DNA of 62,652 bases, the filler included, from Sphacelaria rigidula (lineage: Eukaryota): the NCBI GenBank assembly GCA_964200075.2. It is 10 parts of 10 records of this genome, joined end to end, with 100 filler letters (N's around TTAATTAATTAA, not from the genome) between each part and the next. Parts side by side here need not be neighbours in the genome. Positions count along the whole stretch, not along the records: positions 1 to 6,176 come from CAXNAA020021728.1; positions 6,277 to 12,452 come from CAXNAA020021729.1; 8 more parts are not named here. The stretch is one strand, 5' to 3'. A model generated the notes under the pieces. It had not been told where the DNA came from. It saw only the letters and a list, made by a program, of their open reading frames with translations, and did not search any database. This document shows positions 1 to 11,331 of the stretch, piece after piece. A program made the translations under genes and the position numbers. Every line of letters begins with the position of its first letter. Within the stretch, counting starts at the first letter, position 1.

Positions 1-697
1 GACACACTTATGAGCCTCGTCTTTCGTGCAACCAAATACCCCCCCCCCTATCGTAGGATGACTCCATGTGTGCACCACGGTCTTCAGGGGCTTCTTGCAC
101 AAGCCACACTGTGACATCATCAACCTTACTCTCCCACGACGCTTGTGATACGAACTGTGGTTCGTTTGACTATTAATACTCTCGTAAGCTACCTTTCATC
201 CGGTAAGGATGGGGGGAGAAGAGAGAGATAACGGAACGTCTCCTGTTTATGCGACTGCCTCCGCCTCGACTAGTACTCAGGCCCAACATGTTTGCTGCTG
301 CTACCGCAAGGGTCCACGGTTCGGACAAATCATCGCCGATTCCTTTCACCAAATCCACGATTGATCGAAAGAGAGAAAAAAGTCGACCGCTGGCCAAACA
401 GGTCTCCAAGCAACGTTCGCGCCATTCCACGTGCCTGAGCTTCGCGTACCTGGGTTGCAACGCTGAAAAACAAAGCGTAAGGCTTGATTCGTGCCGTACG
501 AATCAATCACACTAGAATCAACTAATTTCCGGACGAATCACTAATTCGTCCGACCCTTGCAAGGGTCACAACGCGGTCTCTTGTTGAAAAAAAAAGCGCT
601 GAATTTCACCCCTAAAATGCGGTCAACATCGCTGGTGGCAATCGGCCTTGCTGGAAGCAAAAGTAATTGCACGATGCAGTACAAGTAGTAGCAGTAT

Positions 698-735
<38 letters not shown>

Positions 736-1153
736 AAAATACTACTAGTAGTAATGAAGGGTCACACCATGCTTGGGGATCCTACCAGCCTAGCAAACCT
801 GCCGCACTGTGGTCCGGACCCTTGCAGTGCGGTACCTAACGATGTGCGGGGGGATACATGGCCCATCACGCGTACGACCCGCCTCAGTTTCCCGTTTCCC
901 TCTTGTGACATATTCAATCCCCCGCCCTCCTCGGGAAGAGCACGTAGCCCCAGTACAACGCGGATTATGTAGCACTTCAGGCGCGCTCTCGGCAGGAATC
1001 CTTCTCCATCGTAGACGCGTAAAATCCCAACAAATCTACGCGTACACTAAAAGCAACATGATCAAAAGCGTGCACTCTCGCATAAAAGCGCACAAAAAGC
1101 CTATCGAGGATGGTCCAAGGTCATGACAAACCGACTCGCAACACACTCCGTAC

Positions 1154-3405
1154 CTGAGCCCCCAGAAGTCTCAGCGTGTTGGCGCAAAGCTCCTTTCGAC
1201 CGCTCTTGCGTGCTAGGCTCGCTAATTTTAACCATGTTCCGAGATCCTGCGCATGCGCGTGTGGGGCCAAAATATGAAAAAGGGCAAAACAAACGCGAGT
1301 CAGAGTGGGACGGGGGGGGGGGGTGCGGGGTGTACTAATGATCTTGTTGGCATAGTCATGAGACCGTTGACCTCGCATCCCTACAAAGCCGGGATGGAGC
1401 ACGCTGCGTGTTCGTCGGACCAGGCTTGCAACAAATCACCGAGCGCGAAGCGCCGTGGTGTGTTCGGCGAGTCGCATGAAGGGTGAGTTGCATCATGCTA
1501 AGAGTGTCCGGCCCGAAGCGTACTGATTATCTTGAATTAGGATGACAGCCTACAATGAGTTCCTTCATTTCCTGGTATTGCCGCTTCCAGAGACAGCCAC
1601 GGCTTATACACTGTCCCATGGGTGTCTCACCATTTTAACACTATATGATACGATCATCTCCTTTGCGCAAAGTTGAGGTTCTCCCACGCCGCACAGTATG
1701 ATCTACTTCTATCACTATCACGGTTTCCGCGAAAAAGACGCCAGCGCGCAAAAACAAAAATGGTAACCTGGTTGCCTAGGTTACGCAGTTTTACAGCGTC
1801 CTTGCCAACCGACGCCAACCTTACAGGGAGTCCGCCGCTACAAAGCCGGGACGAAGCACGCCGGGTTTTCGCCGGACCAGGCTACTGCGAGGCGAAACGG
1901 GAGGGACGGGGGTTGACAAGGCACCACAAACTCACACAGACTAAATACGCACGATATTATTTACAGTGAAGAACAAAAAATCGAGGAGGATAAAAAAGAA
2001 GCAACGTCAAACCGAAAGAAAAGAGAGAAATCGCGCGGCGGAAAATGCGGTTCATCCAAAGATCATGCGTAAGAACGAAATAATAAACCTCTCGAATGAC
2101 GAGACTCTCTCCACTCCACTCCTCGCCCAAGTCATCAAGCATTACACAATTCAAGAAGCAACATCCTGACATTAAGCCATGCCCCAGGCCTCAGCTACCT
2201 CTCGTCTCGTATGGGTGTATGCAAGTTTTCTCTACTTTACTTCGTCGATTAAAAAACCCCCCGGATATTTCGAGAGGAAGTGATTTCTGACATGAAAAAA
2301 AAAATAGTAATAGCAAAAAAAATCTTCACCGCTGAAAACAAAATGTTCACATGAAAAAAACGCAGTTCTTTGCGTGGATAAAGGGAAACATCTTCATATA
2401 AGAGGCAATTTCTCCACACACGAGTCACGATATATGCCAGGCGATACACTACAGTATCAATGTATCGGCTCCTTTTTCCCGTGAGTACTACATTTTGTTT
2501 TTCGACCAAGGGGAGACATTTTCTCGAAGGACGAACCTCGCGAGGCTTGAGCACCAGGGACCGTACCGCGAGGATTCCCCTCCAAACATCCACATCCTTC
2601 GGTACCCACTGTAGCCTTGCCGACCACTTTGCGCGGAGGTTGCTCTGCAAAAGTATCCAGGAACACCGACGCGAAGGCAGAATGAGAAAAGAGCCAGGGA
2701 ATACGGTGCGAGGAGGAGGGTCAGGCGGTGAGCAGTGCTATGGTAGATGTGCACTTCTAGCGCAAAATCTCGTCTGGTTCACGGGCGCCTAACAATTTTA
2801 GAGGCACAAGAAAATGGGTCAGGGCATCCCCGTTTGCGAATTCACTCGGGATATCCCTAGCACATTGGAATAGTAATCCTGGCTTACTCTCACATAATAT
2901 ATTAGGAAGTGCGACAAGTAAAAAACAATAATGAAAATAATGAAGAAACAGTATCGTTAGTGCTAGTACTAGTATCACTATTAGTATCAGTACCAACGTA
3001 AGTATTGGTATTGGTGGTAGTATTAGTATTGGTATTAAAAAGAGTAATAGTATTACTAACCCTAACCCTAATCCCGACCCAAGGCGCACGAGACCCTCCC
3101 TCGGGCAGGGGGGGGCGTACTCATTTGTTGCTTGCCTTAGTCATTTGGTCCTCGGGCAGGGGGGGTGCGTAGATTCCCCTGGGCAGAGTGGGCGTTGGTA
3201 GACCTCAAATCGACCCCGCAGGCGCCGATTTTGACAAAAACACGTTTTGGACGAGCTGGGTTCACTGCTCACTTGCCCCGAACCATGAAGTTTCTCAGAA
3301 CTTTCTTGAGTCTAAAATCAAGTAGCCATCCCTGTCAACTATTTTGTACGAACATTTCTTTAGGTCTACTGAGTGGTGGTTGTAGTGGTGATGATGGTGG
3401 TGGCT

Positions 3406-3469
<64 letters not shown>

Positions 3470-5224
3470 TAGTAGTAGTGGTAGTAGTAATAGAAGTAAT
3501 AGAAGTAATAGTAGTAGGGTTAGTGTTAATTTGTAATATTCCATGATATTTCCCATCAACCATTGTGTACCAATATTTCTCTAGGTCCCCTCCCAACACC
3601 ACCAGCACCACCACTACCACTCCAACCACCACCATCACCACCACTGCTGCTGCACTCACCCGATGCTCCGCTACTTCGGACCAGCGTCTGTCCAGCTCCC
3701 CACCTTCCGCTCCCTGGCCTTTGCTCGGGGGTGGACCTAGCGCGCCGGCGTCCTTCACCAGCCTGACTCACACAAACAACACAATATATCTCAAACGGTG
3801 AAATCCAACGTTCCAAGCGTCGGAAGTTCGTTCACAAGCATAACATTCTGGCATCGGAATTGGAAACCCGTGAACTTCCTCGCGTAATGTTCGTTGCCGG
3901 ACTTTACGCCGCAGAGCAACGAAACATGAGACGAGATGGCTCTCTAGGTATTCCTCATACACGCATCGCGGGTCGGCAGGATGGCTCAGTTGGTAACCTC
4001 GGGACCCTCTGACGGTTGGGAAATGTGTTCGAATCTCGATGGAGTCACACGATCTGGGATGTTTTCTCACACCATAAAATTCGACTTCACGGTCGACGAG
4101 GGAAAGGCACCACTGAACCCCTCTCACGAATAAAATGTAAGCCAAGCGCCACAGGAGGAAGGTGGGGAGTGCTCAAACAGAAGAAAGAAAAAGAACGCTC
4201 CTGTGTTGGCCTTGCTCCTTTCCTCCTGTGCGACCCCGGCTGATGCTCCTACATATGCTGAAGGAAGTATAGTGATTTGCGCATCATCATAGACGACACA
4301 CAAACATACCCCCCCCTGTCTTTTTTCCCTTTTCCCTGTTTTTTCTCTGTTAATCGCTGTTATATTCTCCATTTTTTTCTCTATTTTTTCCTTCTTTGCT
4401 TGCATGGTCCTATTTTCCGTCTTTTCTCCCTTTTTTCTATTTCACTTGTTTCCTCTTCTTTTTTCATCCCTTATTTCTTCACGTATATTTTTTCTCTTCA
4501 GCGATACTCCATTCGCTTTCTTCCTCCCTTTATCCTCCTTGACTTTCCCCTCCTCTCAAGTTTCCTTGAACCAGCATTTCCATCCATCAACCTCGGGTAC
4601 ATCTGTCTAATGACCACGGCTATATTCGTAGTGGATTCGTGAAAGCTTTTGCGTAGTAATCACCCAACAATTATACCAATCTACCGATCAAGCCACCATT
4701 CAATCAATGTTCAGCCTTTCAAGATTGGCACCACACGCACCCGCCTCACACTAAAACCAAGTGAACGCTTGATTTTATATCAACAAAAGAAACATCACCC
4801 CTCTCGTTTTCAATAGGGACATCAAAATCTGAACAGACTGTACGGTACAATGAACTCGCAACTCCAGGGGAAGCTGCGCCGATCTCGGACGATACGAGGG
4901 AGCCCTATTCACATGTATACGTGCACAGGTACACAGATGCATAGGTACATAGATACATAGGTACATATATACATAAGTACGTACATGTATAGATACGTAC
5001 GTACATGAACACGCAGATACGTGAATACGCCCGCCTGTACGTACATACACACATAAATACATAGATTCATATATACATGCGCATACAGCACTATCAATTT
5101 TGGATTATGACGATTGATCAGAGTAAAAACAGGACGCTGCAGGCGCGCGTCGGGCACTTGAAAAAAGAGTAAATCGATCACCGCAAAGTAGAGGGCCGAT
5201 TCATCTCAAGGGACGATGGGGGGG

Positions 5225-5282
<58 letters not shown>

Positions 5283-6005
5283 GGAAGAGAAGGGGAGGCA
5301 GGTAGGTACGCCGATTTTATCTTCCAAGTATTTTTACGAGATCAGCACTGGTGACTTGGAATGCCTCGAGGTGATATCACATGGCACCATTAAAGAGAGG
5401 GATCCGCTACCTCCAACTTTTTTCACCACGTGGTGGTGTGAATGTCATCCATCACATAACAGGGGGAAACTCCCACGAGGGTCCGTCGAGGTTCCATCGC
5501 CTATTCTTCACAGTGATTCTTGGGGGGGGAAATAATAAATAACATATCGCAAGCGCCAGAAGACGATCCGCATCCGGAAAAAAAATAAGGGCGTAAAATC
5601 GTATCCCAGCATTTGCTGGACGCCCGTTCCCCGAGACACACCGAGTCAAGAACAAACGAAAATATGAAAATATGTGTTATACATCACTCTTACACTTAAT
5701 GCGCGATGATCAACCAACCTACCGATCGATGCATCAATTGGATCAAGACAAAATATATAATTGAAGGTGGCCTGGAGTGAGGGGTGAATGGATGAAGTGC
5801 AGTAATTGTGCAAGCGTTTTCGTTCTGCTGTGAGAGGAAAAGACAGGATTTTTTCGGCTCACTTTTTGTACTCCACGACCTCTTCAAGCTCGGCGAGGGA
5901 CATGACCGTAAGGAGGCGTTGATAGGATCGAGTGTAGCTTTCACCGAGGAGCACGGTTAGCCCGGGTGCCAGCACGCTCCTCGCTTCCTCGATCAAGGAC
6001 AGAGC
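1154..6005 (-). CDS. TOR: Target of rapamycin (TOR) kinase, internal FAT-domain fragment; exons 5863-6005, 3660-3762, 2537-2644, 1154-1246
   Basis: Four GT-AG exons join in frame: ALSLIEEARSVLAPGLTVLLGESYTRSYQRLLTVMSLAELEEVVEYKK-LVKDAG...EHR-SNLRAKWSARLQWVPKDVDVWRGILAVRSLVLKPRE-DLGTWLKLASLARKSGRKELCANTLRLLGAQ. These match the TOR FAT motifs GESY.RAY..LSELEEVI.YK, W..RL....W..IL.VRSLV and TWLK.ASL..KSGR. Confidence 0.93.
1327..1883 (-). mobile_element. Longest copy of a G/C-tract-associated interspersed repeat (subfamily A); other copies ~10428-10530, 31440-31760, 38817-39283, 41232-41312, 42392-42493, 43768-43822, 48461-48640, 56552-56657
   Basis: Shared sequence GGGGTGTACTCATGATCTTGCATG...CCCTACAAAGCCGGGACGGAGCACGCCGGGTTTTCGCCGGACCAGG... 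across five contigs. The strand is assigned by treating the fixed end as 3'. Confidence 0.8.
3405..3490. repeat. Microsatellites: (AGT)n here; also (AGC)n 697-730, (ACT)n 9763-9815, (AC)n 15318-15365, (GT)n/(GGGTGT)n 24377-24500, (TTA)n 31204-31265, (CAG)n 48031-48070
   Basis: Directly visible simple repeats. Confidence 0.95.
3974..4265 (+). mobile_element. tRNA-derived SINE (~340 bp family)
   Basis: Box A TGGCTCAGTTGG and box B GTTCGAATCTC, followed by a body (...TTCCTCCTGTG(T/C)GACCCCGGCTG...) shared with copies at 25177, 32010-32165, 61160-61514 and 62579. Confidence 0.85.
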
Positions 6006-6105
6006 CTGAAAAAAATAGAGAAAGAGATAAACATGAGAAAAAATAGACAAGGAATAGAAAAAAGAAGAGGGAAAACAAGAGAAAAAGGTGGGGGGGGGGG
6101 GGGGG

Positions 6106-6171
<66 letters not shown>

Positions 6172-6176
6172 AAAAA

Positions 6177-6276
6177 NNNNNNNNNNNNNNNNNNNNNNNN
6201 NNNNNNNNNNNNNNNNNNNNTTAATTAATTAANNNNNNNNNNNNNNNNNNNNNNNNNNNNNNNNNNNNNNNNNNNN
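6177..6276. other. Artificial contig linker N44-TTAATTAATTAA-N44; also 12453-12552, 18729-18828, 25004-25103, 31279-31378, 37554-37653, 43829-43928, 50104-50203, 56379-56478
   Basis: Identical 100-nt spacer with stops in all frames between segments of 6176, 6175 and 6174 bp (length-sorted contigs). Confidence 0.99.
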
Positions 6277-6859
6277 TCTACGAGTCTTGAGCTGAGATTT
6301 TGGGAAGACCTTCTGCACCCAAGGATCTGATACTTCACGACTCCAGCTGAAAATTCTCTTTTTTTCCTGCACTTATGGCATATCTAGTTTTCCCCCGAAA
6401 TTTCGAGTCCGCATAACTTCCTTATTTTTTATCTTTTTATTTGCTGGACCCGTGATCTTCTGCATTTTGATCATAAAAAGCTGCTGTCAAAATTTTAACG
6501 TCCAACTCCCAATATCGCGCCGTGCGTCGCGTGAGCGAGGTTCACGCCTACTCTTGGCTGGCCCAGCTCGTACCCCTGGGGAGTGCGGCTGTGGTGGCAC
6601 GACACGCGTATTGTACCCAAGGTCAACGGAGCGGAACACACTCGCTTGTTGTTGTTGTCGTTGTTGTTGTTGTTTGTCTTGACATAAAAAAAAACGTTCC
6701 CATCTCTGTGCAGTACCTGTGTTCGTATCTGATGCGGACGCCTTCCGTGGTCACAGGCGAGAACAACCCCTGACTAGGTAACGCATAAGGATATCAAGGG
6801 GCGCGCTTGCGAAAACAAATACGTACTGAGGCCACGTCTCATGTGTAAAAAAAGAAAAG

Positions 6860-7290
6860 GTTTTTGAAAACTGCCGTTTGGGCCCTTTCTTCTCCCTCGT
6901 TTTGAGCCCGACAAGAGGGCTACTACAGTAGGCGGATGTTGGCAGCTCGGAATGACTTGCTCTACTCGTTGAGACCGTTCCAAAGTAACTTGGCGTTTTC
7001 CGGTGGCCGCACTCTTTGCGCCAAACTCGCATTTTCAATAAGAAACGGTTGAGTTATACGAAAACTGGCAATTGTCCCCTTGTTTTTTTATAACTTGATC
7101 GTTCGATATTGAAAATGCAAGTTTGGTCACGAACAAAACTGCGATCACCGGAATCCCGCAGAGGTGCCCTGGATCGGTCTCAACGAGTAGAGCAGGTCAT
7201 TCCAAGGTGTCAACATCCCATCCGCCGAGCCCTCTTTTCAGGCGTAAAACGATGGAGAAGGGCCTTTAAACAATAGTTAGCTTTCAACAA
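6860..7290. repeat. Inverted repeat pair within a repetitive element
   Basis: 6949-6982 GGAATGACTTGCTCTACTCGTTGAGACCGTTCCA is the near-exact reverse complement of 7170-7203. Weaker pairing extends outward. Confidence 0.7.
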
Positions 7291-7754
7291 GATTTGTTCT
7301 TGACACATAAGAGATGGTCTCAGTGAAGAAATGGAGACAGCAGAAGAACCGCGGGAAGAAAAATTGACCCGTACAGTAAAGGAAAGCACTTGCAAGGTGA
7401 ACCTTTCAGTTATCATCACTGCACTTGTATCTTGGCCGATGGCGTAAATATTTCCGAAGGTATGATATCGTGAAGCTTTACGATCATGCTGGACGGGTGG
7501 ACGCACGCACTCGAACGCCCCGGATCAATGGTTGATGCCTCTTCAATACCAAGCATGAACGGATTGTCGACGGCCAAGCGCAAGCATCACAATTCTACAA
7601 AAAAACAAAACGCACAGAGATACATATACTTGCGGCAGAATTTTACACTACAATATTATATGTAGAAGGGCTAGAGCGATTCACGTTAATAATATAGTGG
7701 CCGGTTCACACTTATCACTCGAAATATCTTCGAGTCTTTTGACGATAGTCCCGC

Positions 7755-7957
7755 CCCCAAACCAGCCCAAAATTGTCGCTAAGAAAAGGGTCATAAGGCG
7801 CCTGATGTTTGCTTTCAGGCTGCATGAAACACCTCGTATCGGCGACATTGGCAAGAACGAACCCAAGCGCGGGAATTTCCAGCTGCTCGTTGTGCTCGGC
7901 TCTCTTCCATTTCAATTTTATGTGTTGATTTTGTCTCCTCAAACCAGCCACGTTTTC
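7755..7957. repeat. Interspersed repeat, also at 12000-12240 with fragments at 26225-26310 and 50204-50290
   Basis: Shared GCGCCTGATGTTTG...GGCGACATTGGC...GAACCCAAGCG...CCAGCTGCTCGTTGTGCT...GATTTTGTCTCCTCAAA. Confidence 0.8.
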
Positions 7958-7970
7958 GGGGGGAGGGGGG

Positions 7971-8037
7971 CGTACTCATTTGTTGCTTGCCTTAGTCGTT
8001 TGACCATTGACCACGCATCCCTTTCGAGACGGAGCAT
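7971..8037 (-). mobile_element. Subfamily B of the G/C-tract-associated repeat; other copies 3116-3149, ~10545-10612, 12553-12608
   Basis: GGGGCGTACTCATTTGTTGCTTGCCTTAGTC(A/G)TTTGACCATTGACCACGCATCCC aligns colinearly with the subfamily A end. Confidence 0.8.
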
Positions 8038-9175
8038 GGGGGGGGCTATCATAAAAATACTCTTTCATGGACAAAACTTGACGTTGCTTTTTGGAGTTAG
8101 CGCTGAAAATCTGCACACATGTATTATGGGTAAATTCAAAACATTCGATGGACGGGGATGCCATTTTTTTTCATATTTTTTTACCAGTTTCCGGGGATCC
8201 CAGGGTTGCCGGGGGTCCAGTGCCCCACTTTCCCCCCCTGAAAACGGTGGAAAAAATCTCGTACATCGAAAGTTTCTTTAATGACCCATAGTGCACATGT
8301 ACAACGTTTGAGAGTCTGACCCCAGAAACCGGCGTGGAGCTTTGCGCCTTTGTGCGACGACGTTCTCCGTGCCCAGTGCAAGTTCCTAACTACTTGATTT
8401 CAGTATGAAAACGTTAAAGCGACGAAAAACTGCATCAGTTTCTCGAGTTAAGCAGCGAAACTCTGCACAAATGTTCCTTGAACTATTCCGGAACGTGTAA
8501 TTTTATCTTGTCCATTTTGGGGCATTCTGAACCGACTTCTGGGGGTCTTTACGCTGGGACTGCCGTGATCGGTAAAAGGCGGAAAAAAACTATATTTTTT
8601 TGCCTGTTTGCGATATCACTAGTGCCGTTCATGTTTTGTGCATCAAACAACTGTCCTTCTGCTATGCCGCACGACAAAAAAAATAAAGTACTGGAAGATG
8701 ACCCACGGAAACAAGGAAAAAAGGGGATGGCGAGACAGCAGTTTGTAGGTTAAAGTAAGACTAACTGGCACATCTGATCCCCTCGAGCATTAGGACGGGC
8801 GTGAGCTAAGTGGCCATTACTCGAGGATTTTTCAAAATGTGGAGATGAACAAAATTTATATTTTGGACAAGGGAAAGACAATGTAAACTATATTAATAAA
8901 TTAATTAATTGGTTGGTTGGTTGGGATTGGGATTGTTGGTTGGATGTTTGGTTCATGGATGATATAAATTATATTTTTGGGCAAGGGAAAGACAATATGT
9001 AGAGAAGATAGATAAAAACAGAGATAACAGAAACAGATAGAGAGAGACAGAGATAGACAGAGACAGGGAGAGACAGGGAGACAGAGAGACAGAAAGGCAG
9101 CTAGAGAAACAGAGAGAGAGAGAGCCAGGCAGGCAGACAGAGAGTAACGGGCCGACAAGAACGTTGCTTGCTGAC

Positions 9176-9762
9176 CTGTTCCATCACGGCATCTTGGCGA
9201 ATATCGTCCGAACCCTTCACCAACTGCCGGAACGTAGATCCCGTGCTGTCGGTACAGTGGACAATCTTCGGACGGTGGATGCCGCTGCATACACACACGC
9301 ACACACACACACACACACGCACGAGCATCGGACGAAGGCACATAGATGTTACACACACGCGCACGCGCATACACACACATTCACAAACCGCATACAGGAA
9401 ACGATGATTCAGCCAGCGGGTGAAGCGGGGTAGAGCGCAAATGGCGAGGGGATGCGGTGAGGCATCGAACGGGGCTTGATGTCGCCGCTGCCGTGTCATG
9501 TTCGCCTCACTTGCGATTGCTGTTGTGCAGTGCACGAGATAGCCACCGGTCATTTTAGCCAACTTGAGTTTAGTGACGGCCATACTGGCTCCGACAGAGC
9601 ACTACATTCGGGATGGTGCAACCCCTCCGCTTTCCGTTTCGGTGTACAGTAGAGCATGACTTTCGGAGTGAGGTGGAAATATATGTGTGGCGCCTCGCGT
9701 GTTGTGTTGCGTTGTATCTCGGCAAAAGTTGGGGTGGATCAGAAGATACGCTCCTTCTACTT

Positions 9763-9816
<54 letters not shown>

Positions 9817-11331
9817 TTCTTCTTCCTCCTCCTCCTCCTCTTCCTCCTCCTCCTCGACAGGCGTGCGCCACATTTCCGCAGTTGCTATAACAAACCCATA
9901 AACGCAAAAGGTGAAGATGCATCGTAGTAAAAGCTTTCATATCTTTCGAGACCATCGCATTTCTCTTGCTTCTTCTTTTCAAGCGTACCACAGGCAACAG
10001 CAGTAGCAGCAGCAGCGGCAGCGGCAGCGGCAGCATCGCCAGCACTACTACCACCACTACCACTATCGCCATCACTCCCACCGCTATCAGCAAGTTTCGG
10101 ACCGTCGCACCTGTCTGTAATGGAAAACGAGTCCTTGAAACTTCGTATTGTGGGCGTGCCTCGGTAGTCTGCATCTGGCCTAACCGCCGGCGGTCGCGTG
10201 GTAACTCCCGGCATCACCCGCCCACCGCGACCTCTCCCTCCCAGACCAGATGCTCGGTCCCAGAGACACTTGTCCAACGTGGGTTGCCCCTTCGCAACCG
10301 CCGCAAACTTGATGCCGGCGGATTTTCGGCCGTGGAACTCGGCAGTGCTTGCCTATGGTCAAACGCCGCAGGATTTCAAGATTGCGCAACGGTGCATGCA
10401 GGGAAATCGCGGGGGGGGGGGGGGGGAGGGTGTACTCATGATCATGCATTCCATAGTCATAAGACCATTGACCTGCGGGGGGGGAGGTGGACTCATGATC
10501 ATGCATGCCATAGTCATCTGACCATTGAAGGGAAGGGGGGGGGGCGTATTTATTCGTTGCTTGCCTTAGTCGTTTGGCCATGGACCACGCATCCCTCCCG
10601 AGACAGTGCACTCAGGGGAAAGCGGGGGGGGCAACGAGAATATTCATTCGGCGACGTCCTTTACTCTGCACGGAGGAGGCATTCATGAATCGTGCCCTGA
10701 AAAAGGAGTAGACTACGCGCCATCCCGCCGCTAATAATCCTATTAGGCAACGCTTGCAGGTCCATGTTTCGGGATTGAAAAGTTGGTTCAAGCTGCTGTC
10801 GAGGGCGCGTGAGGCTACTGTTGTATTAACCCGCTACACTCGGGACATGATGCTGTGGTATTGACTCCACTCGGCCACAGAAACGAAAGCCGAAGGGACC
10901 CTCTTCGTCATCCGATAGACACCCTCTCATCTCTTGGGTTACAAAATAATCAGCGAGCCAATAAAAAAGACGTCCCTAGAATTCAAGTAGTGAGTGACAC
11001 ATAATGAGACCGAACGGGTTTGGTTGTTCTGAGCTCCTTCCCCTGCCTCAAGAGTAGCCTGCGAATCTGACTCCATACAATTACTTGAAAAATAAAGTTT
11101 CGCGTCAATTGCCCTGTAGCTTTACAGACAACGCACCATGGCCAGCGCGATGTACGCCTCCACGAGGCGTTCGAGGGCAACGACCAAAGCGGGTATATCC
11201 TCGGCGACGGACGTGGTACCCGAAATCGCGGATGCCGCTTGCTCCACCGGTAGCGGGCTCCGCGCGCGCTTGAGTTCGTTCAGAAGCCCTTTGGCGGCGT
11301 GTATTTTTTCCGTGGAGATGTTCTGCCTGAA
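9176..11331 (-). CDS. ATM: ATM serine/threonine kinase fragment (end of FAT region to start of PI3K-like catalytic domain); exons ~11137-11331, 10111-10352, 9176-9284
   Basis: Phase-compatible exons give ...[14 protein letters not shown]...[19 protein letters not shown]...[74 protein letters not shown] is the ATM-type signature. The upstream acceptor of the first exon is uncertain by a few nt. Confidence 0.9.

Noticed and set aside
9602..10688. Long ORFs in the ORF track (e.g. 9966-10688, 7697-8281, 56826-57431, 30345-30875)
   Set aside because: They are antisense shadows of real exons or read through microsatellites and repeats, with no protein motifs.
1154..11331. Apparent TOR-ATM PIKK gene cluster or fusion on the same strand
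   Set aside because: The genes lie on different contigs joined by an artificial linker, so the adjacency reflects length sorting only.
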